A stretch of 32,055 bases of DNA from Promethearchaeota archaeon (GTDB lineage Archaea; Asgardarchaeota; Lokiarchaeia; Sigyniarchaeales; SOKP01), in the NCBI GenBank assembly GCA_019057865.1, contig JAHLWP010000040.1:1-32055 (forward strand). Reading direction: 5' to 3'. Both the position numbers and the translations under genes were made by a program. Positions 1 to 9,018 of this stretch are shown piece by piece (the stretch's first letter is position 1; every line of letters begins with the position of its first letter). The notes under the pieces are model-generated. The model saw only the letters and a program-made list of their open reading frames with translations. It had not been told where the DNA came from and made no database searches.

Positions 1-81
1 TATAAAATATCATTCCCAACTAAAAGAGAAATGGAATATATGAGTAAATATATCTTGAATCATTATGGGAAAAGGGTTTGA
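1..81 (+). CDS. 3' end of a hypothetical protein running in from the window edge
   Basis: Open frame from base 1 (YKISFPTKREMEYMSKYILNHYGKRV) to TGA at 79-81. Confidence 0.4.
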   Translation, partial: YKISFPTKREMEYMSKYILNHYGKRV

Positions 82-118
82 AATAAGATTTAAATGAATA
101 ATGATAACTTTATTAATT

Positions 119-718
119 ATGACCAAAAAAATTAAAAAAACAAAGGAAAATATTTCAAATCTTCCCTCAAAAGATGGAAACTATAATATCTTTAATAGAA
201 AAGGAGAGATGATGTATACTGGGAAAGGAAATATAAAGGATAGAATCGCTGCCCATTCTAATGAACCAAATATGCCCTTCACATCATTTACATATAATCT
301 AGAGCCATCTGCTAAAAAGAGAAAAGAGATTGAGGAAAAAAGAATAAAACACTATAAACCACCTTTAAATAAATTGTATGACCGTGATATTATAAACATC
401 TCTGGAGAATATGATTCACATCAGAAAGTCATTGCTAATTTGACTATGTTTGAAAAAATTAAAAGCATAGAATTATCAAAATTGAAAGATCTAAAGTTCA
501 AACATCCCATTGAATTCGAACTTGAATATAAGCATAGCGCTATTTTTGCTCATAATGAGAATTATGATCTTTATGCAACAGGTTCTACTTATAATGAAAT
601 GATTCAAGATTTATATAGAAGAATTAAAGCAATTATTGAAATGTATTCAAATCCTGAAATCAGATTTACAAAATCATCAGAAGATTATCGAAGGAAATTT
701 TTAGAAACTTTCTCATGA
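119..718 (+). CDS. GIY-YIG nuclease domain fused to a HicB-like antitoxin domain
   Basis: N-terminal half resembles UvrC-type GIY-YIG (LPSKDGNYNIF...MYTGKG..IKDRI..H...E...IKHYKPPLNK). C-terminal half is HicB-like (IFAHNENYDLYATGSTYNEMIQDL). Start at ATG 119 or 101. Confidence 0.6.
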   Translation: MTKKIKKTKENISNLPSKDGNYNIFNRKGEMMYTGKGNIKDRIAAHSNEPNMPFTSFTYNLEPSAKKRKEIEEKRIKHYKPPLNKLYDRDIINISGEYDSHQKVIANLTMFEKIKSIELSKLKDLKFKHPIEFELEYKHSAIFAHNENYDLYATGSTYNEMIQDLYRRIKAIIEMYSNPEIRFTKSSEDYRRKFLETFS

Positions 719-741
719 AATAAATAAATGGGTTTGAATAA

Positions 742-1038
742 ATGACTCAACTTAGAAGAAGAATTGTTATAAAAGGTCTAAAAAATAAAGGATTTAGACC
801 AATTCCTGAAAAATCAAATGATCTCTGGTTTGGACTTACGATTGATGGCGAGTTTGTTCCTCAGATAAAGACTTTTATAAGCGGAGGTGGCCAAAGACAA
901 ATGATTTATGAGGATAATATTCACCATATGACTCATGAATTGCACATGGATAATAAAAAACAATTTCTAAATTATATTAAATGCTCTTATATTTATAGTG
1001 AATATATCAGAGATTTAAGAAGAAAGAATATTATATGA
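742..1038 (+). CDS. HicA-like toxin of a putative type II toxin-antitoxin pair
   Basis: 98 aa and basic, with a GLKNKGF N-terminal motif and a C-terminal 'MTHELHM..KQFLNYIKC...EY...L' pattern typical of HicA-like proteins. Lies directly downstream of a HicB-like domain. Confidence 0.55.
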   Translation: MTQLRRRIVIKGLKNKGFRPIPEKSNDLWFGLTIDGEFVPQIKTFISGGGQRQMIYEDNIHHMTHELHMDNKKQFLNYIKCSYIYSEYIRDLRRKNII

Positions 1039-1050
1039 TTTCTTTTAATT

Positions 1051-1090
1051 TGATTGGAAGTGAAGTAAACATTTAAATTTTTTGTCGGTA
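1051..1090 (+). repeat. Copy of the degenerate ~40-bp junction motif (TGAT..RAAG..AAAsATTTAAATTTTTGTCG)
   Basis: Aligns with 7980-8017, 30181-30220, 30291-30316 and 31979-31999. Contains a BRE/TATA-like core. Confidence 0.55.
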
Positions 1091-1144
1091 TGATAAGAAT
1101 GAATAATTTTAAAATATTAAAAAAGACATAAATGAGGAATAAAA

Positions 1145-1348
1145 ATGATTTTTCAAGAGACTATTTTTACAATTTCATGGCTAAGTGTAATTATTATAAT
1201 AATCATTATTTATGTATTAGCAATAATTTTAGCTGTATGGGTTTACAACGATGCTAAGAAAAGAGATATGAATGCTGAAGTGTGGTTATTAATTGTATTA
1301 TTGACCAGTTTTATCGGATATATTATATATTTGATAGTGAGAGAATAG
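1145..1348 (+). CDS. Small two-TM membrane protein (PLDc N-terminal-like)
   Basis: TM-WVYNDAKKRDMNAEVWLLIV-TM-IIYLIVR pattern. Confidence 0.7.
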   Translation: MIFQETIFTISWLSVIIIIIIIYVLAIILAVWVYNDAKKRDMNAEVWLLIVLLTSFIGYIIYLIVRE

Positions 1349-1478
1349 CCATAGGAAGATTTTGGAAGTAAAAGTAGATTTTTACAAAAAATAATTAAAA
1401 TTTTATATTCATATCCTTCTTTTATAATAATGAAAAGAGATAAAAAGATTTTAATAAATAATTGACAGGTATTTTTTT

Positions 1479-2030
1479 TTGAATCTTGAAAAAAAAAATG
1501 AAATTCTTTCAAAAGCATATACAGACTCACAAAACATGATTTCATTAGCCGATTCAAAAGCAAATATTTCACTTACGATTCAAGGTTTGTTAATTACTAT
1601 TGCCTTAGGTTTTTCTTTATTATCGAATATTTTTGTAAAAATAGAATCTTTAATGGAACAGAACCTGCCTTTTTTTTATTTTTATATAACAATTACTATA
1701 ATTTTTATCAGTTTTTCTATAATTGGAATAATTACAACTATTCTTGTATTTAAACCAAGAGAACCAAAAGAAGAGACCGAAAGAAATAGGGAAGGCTTTT
1801 TTTATTTCGGGCATGTTTCAAAATATTCTTCATCTGATGAATATTTTTCAAAAATTAAGCAACTTGATGAAGAAAAACTAATGGAAGAATATTCAAGGCA
1901 AATATATCAATTATCTCATATTGCTAAGGAAAAGTTTAAGTTTCTTAGGTTGTCAATTTATTTTTTAATTATAAATATAGGACTTACTGTTTTTTTTTTA
2001 ATCCTAAGCAGTATTGTTAATGTATCTTAA
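1479..2030 (+). CDS. Pycsar transmembrane effector (PycTM / DUF5706-like)
   Basis: ADSKA motif, hydrophobic helices, FKPR...FYFGHV, SRQIYQLSHIAKEKF and a C-terminal TM. Adjacent to a nucleotide cyclase. Confidence 0.85.
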   Translation: MNLEKKNEILSKAYTDSQNMISLADSKANISLTIQGLLITIALGFSLLSNIFVKIESLMEQNLPFFYFYITITIIFISFSIIGIITTILVFKPREPKEETERNREGFFYFGHVSKYSSSDEYFSKIKQLDEEKLMEEYSRQIYQLSHIAKEKFKFLRLSIYFLIINIGLTVFFLILSSIVNVS

Positions 2031-2049
2031 ATCTAAAGCGGGTGAGTAA

Positions 2050-2760
2050 ATGGGATTTGTTGAAGATTTAACAAATAAAGTTCGAGATTATTTATCTGGC
2101 GATTATGAGATTGTGGAGACCAAGGGAATTCCCTCTGTTGATAATGTATCTCATGGGAAAAAAGCAAAAAAGATAAATTTATGTGCTTTTAGCATTGATT
2201 TGAGAAAATCAAGCGATTTATTAGTTCAGCATCAAAAACAAACTGCTGGCAAAATCCATAAAGCATTTCTAGCTGTGGCTTCATCAGTTGTTTTGAAATA
2301 TGGGGGAAAAATTAGAAGTTTTCAAGGTGATAGTATTTTAGTTTTTTGGCCAGCTAATCTCAAATCTCAAATTATGGACGCTGTTAGGGCCGCAATGGCA
2401 ATTAATTGGTTTTTAAGTAGCAAATTATCCTCCCTTTTTGAAAAGTATTCAAAATTAGATTATGGTATTGGTATCGATTGGGGGGAGGTATTTATTGTGA
2501 GAGCAGGTATTTCGCGTGATTCCAACAATAATGATTTAGTTTTTATTGGTAAATGTGTAAATCTTGCTGTAGCTATTGCTAACCAAGCTAAGGCGCCTGA
2601 AAATATTGAAGTTTCTTTATCTGTCTATAATAATCTGGAAGATAGCCATAAATATGCAACTAAAAATAATAATAAAGTTAATATGTGGAACGATGGAATT
2701 GTGGTATGGAATAATAAAAGATATGACACAAAATTAACTAATTATTATTGGGGTCTATAA
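2050..2760 (+). CDS. pycC: Pycsar pyrimidine cyclase (class III nucleotide cyclase)
   Basis: Metal-binding SIDLRKSS and FQGDSIL motifs, GIGIDWGEV and FIGKCVNLA. Stand-alone cyclase next to a PycTM effector. SD GGGTGAG upstream. Confidence 0.85.
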   Translation: MGFVEDLTNKVRDYLSGDYEIVETKGIPSVDNVSHGKKAKKINLCAFSIDLRKSSDLLVQHQKQTAGKIHKAFLAVASSVVLKYGGKIRSFQGDSILVFWPANLKSQIMDAVRAAMAINWFLSSKLSSLFEKYSKLDYGIGIDWGEVFIVRAGISRDSNNNDLVFIGKCVNLAVAIANQAKAPENIEVSLSVYNNLEDSHKYATKNNNKVNMWNDGIVVWNNKRYDTKLTNYYWGL

Positions 2761-2780
2761 AAAGAGCTCATCAAGAGTTG

Positions 2781-3116
2781 ATGAAGATATCAGAAAAGTA
2801 TGAAAGTTTTAATGAAGAAAAGGTTGAAAATATTGTAAAAGAATTAATTGAAAGTGGAGTTATTTTTATGGTAGGAATAGAACGGGCGTTATACCAATAC
2901 ATTCAAAGAGTAGCAACTAAGTTAGGTTATATGGATATAAAACCAATGGATTTAGGGCGAGTTATTATTTTAAAAGACGAGGACTATTTAAGAGTAGCAG
3001 ATAAAATCTGGGAATATATTACATCTGGAATTTTAGCTCCTGGTAGCAATCGAAACAATCCGTGGTTTCCCCATCTTCATTTAACTGAGAAAGGTAAAAA
3101 ATTCTTGGAAAAATAA
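2781..3116 (+). CDS. Hypothetical protein, possibly winged-helix-like, ending in WFPHLHLTEKGKKFL
   Basis: ORF track 2748-3116, with a likely ATG at 2781 after the cyclase stop. The 'IWEYITSGILAPG...LTEKG' pattern resembles a wHTH wing. Confidence 0.55.
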   Translation: MKISEKYESFNEEKVENIVKELIESGVIFMVGIERALYQYIQRVATKLGYMDIKPMDLGRVIILKDEDYLRVADKIWEYITSGILAPGSNRNNPWFPHLHLTEKGKKFLEK

Positions 3117-3348
3117 GGGCTTCGATAAATTAAATAATTTAAGGTTACTTTTATTCTTGATATTGCATTTTTATATTTTTAGTATCAAGGTTAGGCTTTA
3201 TCTTAAACTCTATATATATTCACAAAAATTAGGCATTATTTTTAAAGAAAAAATAAAAAATGAAGATTTAAATTTATCTTGTTTAATTATATTATTAGTA
3301 CATAGAGAATTTTATATGATTCTCTATAAAAAAAGAGAACAAGACATT

Positions 3349-3840
3349 ATGGTAAAAGTTTTTATTTCTCATAGTACAAAAGATTTTCAACTTGTGGTAG
3401 CTTTAGAGAAATATCTTAATGCTTATGGTATTGAAGTATATATAGCAGAAAGAGATTACCAACCTGGAAAACCTTTATCTAAAAAAATTATGCAAAATAT
3501 TGATATATGTGATTATTTTTTAGTCATCTATACTTTTAATGGTAAAGAATCTAATTTTGTAAATCAAGAGATTGGATATTGGATGAAGAAAAAGAGATAT
3601 GAGGATCTAATTCCTTTTGTAGAAAAAGGAATAAATCCTGAAGCTCTTTTGTGTGGTGTTGAATATATTGAGTTTGATCCTTTAAATCCAAAAATAGGAA
3701 TTGCTAATGTTATTAAATATATAAATAATCAAATAAAAATAAAAAAGAAACAACTAATTTTTGATGTTGGAGTTGGTTTAGGGATAGCAGGACTTACATT
3801 TTTAATATTTTATGGTCTTTCTAAATTAGGTGAAGAATAA
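3349..3840 (+). CDS. TIR domain protein with a C-terminal transmembrane helix
   Basis: KVFISHSTKD box 1, YQPG, CDYFLVIYT and the catalytic Glu in SNFVNQEIGY. C-terminal hydrophobic GVGLGIAGLTFLIFYGL. True start is probably ATG 3349. Confidence 0.85.
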   Translation: MVKVFISHSTKDFQLVVALEKYLNAYGIEVYIAERDYQPGKPLSKKIMQNIDICDYFLVIYTFNGKESNFVNQEIGYWMKKKRYEDLIPFVEKGINPEALLCGVEYIEFDPLNPKIGIANVIKYINNQIKIKKKQLIFDVGVGLGIAGLTFLIFYGLSKLGEE

Positions 3841-4041
3841 AACAATTATATCTAATGTTGTTGGTAAAAGCTTTCATTATTTAATGATATTTCTAAGAGA
3901 GGGAGGGGAACCATTGGAAATAAGAGGTTTGTCTTTAATTCAACATTATAGTATTTTGGTATTGTGTTATACTAAATTTAAATTAAAACATTTTCCTTTA
4001 ATTAAAATGAAGATAGATATTAAATTTTGGCTAGATTTAAA

Positions 4042-5154
4042 ATGAAATATTCTCACAAAACTACTCATAGTTTTACTCCACCTATAGAATTTTGGAGATT
4101 AATTGAAAATTTATTTCTATCTTTTCCGTTTCGAAAAAATGGTAATTTTTTTGAATCTCGAGATGAATTAATAAAATATTATGAGATGAAAACACAAGAG
4201 GTTTTCGATATAGATGATTATGGCGTGGATATTTATGGAAATAAATTTCGAATAAAATTTTTAAAAAAATGGAATCGTGAGATACTTTTAAGTGACATTC
4301 CAAAATCTCAAAAAAAGTCAATTTCTCCAAGGAATATTATCGTAAAGATCAATCAGTTAGGTAAAATAATTAAATTTTTATCAACACATATTTCTAATCC
4401 ACAGACAGTATTTAAATTCCAACATTTTATTGAAAGCATGTATCAATATCTTATAGAGATTTATGACTTAAATCCAGATAATGATATAATAAGAAGATAC
4501 GGATTAAGCGATAGAAATGCGTTTAATTATAAGCAAAACAAAGAAAGATTATTTGGATCTAGATATTTTGGTGGCTTATTAAAACCCGAAGAATTTAATA
4601 CCTACTTTAATTCTGCATGTAGAAAATATATGGTTCCTTTTGTAATGTTTAAGCAAAATAAGGAATGTTATATTATTCATACTACAGACATCTTTGTTGA
4701 AAAGATAATACAAAATATTCCATTGTTTCTGAATCAATGGGATTTAAAACAAGCTAATAATTATTTTATAAAAGCTTATAATGAGAGAGATAAAGGAAAT
4801 TATTCCGAATGTCTAAATAATATTCGGAAGGGAATGGAAGAAATTAGAAATTATATTTTTAGTCGTTATTCAATAAATCCAACAATATCATTAGGAAATG
4901 ATTTAAGAAATTTATTCGATAAGTATTGTAAAAAAGTGTTTGATTTCTCTAAGATGCCTGAAAGTGATTTAAATAAAATAGAGAATATTATTTCTAAATT
5001 AAAAGAAAGTGTATTATTAGCGGTTAAAATTACTAATATTGGTTCTCACTCATCTTCTGTTCCAAGTTTAATCGAAGAAAATACTTCATTATTTTTATTG
5101 GGATTAGTTGCATCCATATTTCCATATATCTTTTACTTATTGAAATCAGATTAA
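4042..5154 (+). CDS. Abortive-infection-like protein with a putative C-terminal HEPN/Abi_C-like helical domain
   Basis: C-terminus GNYSECLNNIRKGMEE...ITNIGSH resembles HEPN/Abi_C (degenerate Rx4-6H). Defence-island context. Confidence 0.45.
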   Translation: MKYSHKTTHSFTPPIEFWRLIENLFLSFPFRKNGNFFESRDELIKYYEMKTQEVFDIDDYGVDIYGNKFRIKFLKKWNREILLSDIPKSQKKSISPRNIIVKINQLGKIIKFLSTHISNPQTVFKFQHFIESMYQYLIEIYDLNPDNDIIRRYGLSDRNAFNYKQNKERLFGSRYFGGLLKPEEFNTYFNSACRKYMVPFVMFKQNKECYIIHTTDIFVEKIIQNIPLFLNQWDLKQANNYFIKAYNERDKGNYSECLNNIRKGMEEIRNYIFSRYSINPTISLGNDLRNLFDKYCKKVFDFSKMPESDLNKIENIISKLKESVLLAVKITNIGSHSSSVPSLIEENTSLFLLGLVASIFPYIFYLLKSD

Positions 5155-5269
5155 CAAAAATGAATTTTTTAAGAATTCTTATCTAGACTTCGTGGAGTCA
5201 AAAATATTTATCCAAATTAATAAAGTTTTGTTGAATATTTGAGAGTTTACTAAATAAGAGAATCTCCAC

Positions 5270-5630
5270 TATGTAATAATATTTCTGAGAGAGGGAAAGG
5301 GATAATTGGAAGTAAAAATGAAACTCCCGCTTTTGTCGCTACAGTGTTTAATTCAAAAAGGCTCTTTTAAAGAGTTTATTAAATAAAAATGCTCTAAAAG
5401 AATCAATAACTAAATCACAAGATTATTTATTAAGTGAGCTTTTAGTAAAGATAACTGCATCTATATATGACGTAAGTCCCAGATATTTTCAAGAGCATCT
5501 TATTTCAATCATTAATTCGGCAGTTGCGTTTGGATGGAGAGCCTGTAAAGAATTAGAAGATTTTGAACGCTTAGAAAAAAAAATCCAAGAAGAAATGGAA
5601 AAGGAAAAGTATTCTAGCTATATTAAATAA
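5270..5630 (+). pseudogene. Frameshifted gene remnant
   Basis: Two overlapping open frames (..GSKNETPAFVATVFNSK / ALLKSLLNKNALKE...GWRACKELEDFE...YIK*) that join by a frameshift near 5360. No start codon. Confidence 0.3.
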
Positions 5631-5706
5631 ATAAAAAAACTCTTAATTTGTCTTATTTCCTCACAAGTACATTCTCGTAATAGTCATTATCATTTAACAT
5701 CAAATA

Positions 5707-7608
5707 CTATAACTTATTATCTACATAACTTTTTAAATATAATAAATAATCAAAATTATCACTATACATCGTTTGCTTACTTTCTCTTATTTCTTCTGGG
5801 TTTACGGTTTTGGAGCTAGTGCCAATTCTTTTTTTATAAATATAACTTCCATCATCTCGTAAAACACCAATAACTTTTATTGTCTGAGCAATAACGATAA
5901 TTAAACAAATCTTTTCTATATTATTCTTATCCTTTAGTTTAATTTGTTGAATATTCACAAAATTTTCATTGTACTTAGTCCGTCTTTTTATAAGATTTTT
6001 TAAATCAGTAACTCTGTTTTCTAATGAGTCATAATCCAAACCAATTATATTTCTTGGGATTTTATCTGAAATACCAATAATTAATACACCTCCTTGATTA
6101 TTAGCAAAACTAGCAATTTGTTGACAAAATTTTATTTTACTCTTGTTTAACTCTTGAATTTCTTTAATTTTCCATAAATCTAAGGTTTGTTTAAAATCCC
6201 ATAATTCTGTTTCAATTCTGTTATCTTCCATTGATTTTCGTACAAACTTAATCCAAAAATCTTCGTTGTATATAAGGGATTTTTGAAGTCTATATTTATT
6301 AATATCCATATCAAGATTTCTATAAATCTCCTCATATTTATCTTCAGGGATTTGATTAACTGTTGATTGATAATTCTCTTTTTTTAATAAATAAACTGAA
6401 CATCCATCATTACTTTCAGGTAAAAATTCACGAGAATGAGTTGTGATAAATATTTGAATTTTATCTGAAATATTTATAAATTTATCTCTTAATTTAGTTT
6501 CTAAACCAGGATGAAGATGTAATTCCGGTTCTTCTATGAAGAGAATCTTATTCTCTTTTAATTCCTTAATATATGCAAGAAAATGAATAATATTTAAAAT
6601 TCCTGCACCCATATTTTCTAATGGTAAATCAAAATCTATTTCCCTTTCTTTAAAGATAAGATATGTTCTATCTTGTTGATCAACCATTTGTCCCACTGCT
6701 ATTATGTCGGGAAGATATTCATGTAATTCTTGGTTAAAATCTAATAGCCATTGATCCTGATTTGTAACTTTTTTCATGTGAATGAATTTTGCCAGATTTT
6801 CACCATTAGGTTCTAAAATTGTACTGGTTATATTATTTCTATCAGAATCCTTCTTGAATATCCTTTTGTCAGGAATTAAAAATATAATGTCAAAAAACTT
6901 ATTTTTTAATAATTCTATTAAAAATAATAAAGCTGGATAGTCTGAAAATATATGAAGATTATTAAAAAAACTCTGAAGACTTGAGTTGACACTACCAATA
7001 TTAATATTAGGAAAATCAGTAAAAAAATTTTGAATCGTTTTATCTCTAGCAATAAGCTGAGTAATGTCAGAAACTAAGGTTTGATTTATATTATCTTTAA
7101 CTATTGCTCTTACTAATATTTGTGTTCCTATTTTTTTATGCATTGTTGAAACTTGACTAATATAGATATTTTTAATTATATTACTATATCTAATTTCTAT
7201 ATAAATTTTTGAATAACAACCTTGATCAATTAACCATTGAATTGCTACATTTTTATCTTGCCATTCATCTTTTTTAAGATGTCCTTTTAATCCTTCTGAA
7301 GAACGAAAAGCATTATTTAAGTAGTTACCATGATACAATTTTCGAAGTAATTCCCTTCTGAAAGATTTTGATAATTTAAAAGAAAAAATAATTGAAGCTT
7401 CAACTTCTTTATTATTCTCATAGATGTATCTTGAAGAAAAAGCCCCATTTTGATAATTTTCTTTTAGCATTCTAAAAATTTTAAATAAGTTAGATTTTCC
7501 AGAATTATTTTTTCCAATTAATACATTATAATTATTGAGATTAGAAAATTCTGCTCTCACATAACTTAAGAAATGAAAAAGTTCAATTTTTTCAATCTTT
7601 AATTCCAT
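5707..7608 (-). CDS. ABC/AAA (OLD/AAA_15-like) ATPase fused to a C-terminal Schlafen AlbA_2 domain
   Basis: Walker A GKNNSGKS, signature MGAG, Walker B FIEEPELHLHP and H-loop ITTHS. C-terminal ETELWDFK, IASFANNQGGVLIIGISD and KRIGTSS are AlbA_2 motifs. Likely start is ATG 7608. Confidence 0.85.
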   Translation of the reverse strand: MELKIEKIELFHFLSYVRAEFSNLNNYNVLIGKNNSGKSNLFKIFRMLKENYQNGAFSSRYIYENNKEVEASIIFSFKLSKSFRRELLRKLYHGNYLNNAFRSSEGLKGHLKKDEWQDKNVAIQWLIDQGCYSKIYIEIRYSNIIKNIYISQVSTMHKKIGTQILVRAIVKDNINQTLVSDITQLIARDKTIQNFFTDFPNINIGSVNSSLQSFFNNLHIFSDYPALLFLIELLKNKFFDIIFLIPDKRIFKKDSDRNNITSTILEPNGENLAKFIHMKKVTNQDQWLLDFNQELHEYLPDIIAVGQMVDQQDRTYLIFKEREIDFDLPLENMGAGILNIIHFLAYIKELKENKILFIEEPELHLHPGLETKLRDKFINISDKIQIFITTHSREFLPESNDGCSVYLLKKENYQSTVNQIPEDKYEEIYRNLDMDINKYRLQKSLIYNEDFWIKFVRKSMEDNRIETELWDFKQTLDLWKIKEIQELNKSKIKFCQQIASFANNQGGVLIIGISDKIPRNIIGLDYDSLENRVTDLKNLIKRRTKYNENFVNIQQIKLKDKNNIEKICLIIVIAQTIKVIGVLRDDGSYIYKKRIGTSSKTVNPEEIRESKQTMYSDNFDYLLYLKSYVDNKL

Positions 7609-7896
7609 TTTATTCCCTAAATGCAAATAATTTGTAATATAACTACAATTGATTAATATTATTATATTTTTTATAAATGTCCTCTTTTTTTTTCTCTATT
7701 TTACTTTAAAAGTAGAGATCCTAAGACTTGGAGATATGAAGATTTTTATCCAATTATACCTTCACTTTGGATTTTTTAATTGAAGTTCTAAGAGAAAAAG
7801 CTAAGGAAATTTTGAAAGAACAAAAAAGTAATAAAAATTAACCATCTTATTTTCTTTTTCTTAAAATTTGCTTTCTATTACTTTTTTACACTGGAA

Positions 7897-7960
7897 TTCG
7901 ACTATATTTTAGATGAGATTAATAATTCTTTAAAAATAATCTATTTTTTCTTTTTTATTT
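7897..7960 (+). repeat. Direct repeat shared with 29647-29710
   Basis: Core GATGAGATTAATAATTCTTTAAAA(A)TAATCTATTTTTT is present in both places. Confidence 0.75.
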
Positions 7961-7995
7961 CTATTTTAAGAAATAAAGGTGATTGAAAGTAAAAA

Positions 7996-8205
7996 TAAAG
8001 ATTTAAATTTTGTCAGGAGAATAATATTTAAAATATAAAAAATGAAATTTTTCACACATAAAATCTTCATTAACCCATTATTTTGGATGACATATTTTCG
8101 ACAAGATGAATAATCCAAGCCTCATTAGTTATAGGTTCTATTGGAGAGCCCCATTCTTTTGTATTATGATGACTTGCTAAAATATGAATTAATTCATCTA
8201 ATTTT
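7996..8205 (+). repeat. 210-bp direct repeat, copy 1 (3' end of HD gene plus downstream flank)
   Basis: Identical to 30295-30504 except for one base (8025 T vs 30324 C). Confidence 0.95.
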
Positions 8206-8855
8206 TTTGATTTTATTTCTTGACTTATTATTTTAATACCATTAATAATATGTTCTTGTTTTAAAAAAGTCTCAGTGATTTCAAAAAATCCATTCTCAGT
8301 TCTATAGCAATTAATCTTACCAATATCATGTAAAATTGCTCCCGCTATTATTAAATCTTTATCAAGAATAATTTCTTTATTATCTAAATTTAAAATTATT
8401 GCCAATGAAAATTCGATTGTTTGGACTGTATGTTCTAATAATCCTCCCTTATAAGCATGATGTTTTATTTTTGCCCCTGGCGATTCAAAGAAAATAGGAT
8501 ATTTTTCAAGTGTGTCTTTTATTGATATTTTTAATTCGCGTTCTTCGATTTCTTCTATAAAACTATATAATTTTTCTCTCAAAACATCTATGCCTTCACT
8601 CGGTTTTACTTTTATGATTTTATTGCTTAAGCGATTAATTCCATACTGCCCAATATGCCATAAATGTATACTATTGAATTCAACAAAATATTTACCTCTT
8701 AGGAATTCTTTTACTTTTGGATTATCATTTAAAAGGTATTTTTGATATTCAATTACTTTAATAATATTGCCCTCTGGATTAAATTCAAGTCCATAGCGTT
8801 TAAATTTATTATTCAATCTTTTTAAATTTTCTTCTAAATTCTTGTTCAAAATCAT
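8070..8855 (-). CDS. HD-domain phosphohydrolase (YhaM/Cbf1-like), paralog 1
   Basis: SPGA..HHAYKGGLLEHT, AILHDIGK, EHI, ILASHH..EWGSPIEP.T.EA.IIH. Confidence 0.9.
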   Translation of the reverse strand: MILNKNLEENLKRLNNKFKRYGLEFNPEGNIIKVIEYQKYLLNDNPKVKEFLRGKYFVEFNSIHLWHIGQYGINRLSNKIIKVKPSEGIDVLREKLYSFIEEIEERELKISIKDTLEKYPIFFESPGAKIKHHAYKGGLLEHTVQTIEFSLAIILNLDNKEIILDKDLIIAGAILHDIGKINCYRTENGFFEITETFLKQEHIINGIKIISQEIKSKKLDELIHILASHHNTKEWGSPIEPITNEAWIIHLVENMSSKIMG

Positions 8856-9018
8856 TTTTATTACTTATTTTCATTACTCTTATTTAGAAATAATTCTAGT
8901 CTTCTTTTTAATATTTATTATTAATAATTCTAGATAATTTCCAATTTTGACTATTTTTAAAAGATTTTATATAATAGAATTTTCATTAATTTTGTAAATA
9001 ACCAAAAGGAGTGAAATT

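Noticed and set aside
3157-3348. N-terminal extension of the TIR ORF (likewise the extensions at 21405-21464 and 21475-21549)
   Set aside because: The extensions run through promoter or operator-like AT-rich DNA, and the domains begin at downstream ATGs.
3830-4045. 71-aa ORF between the TIR and Abi-like genes
   Set aside because: No motif or clear SD. It may be intergenic or a decayed fragment.
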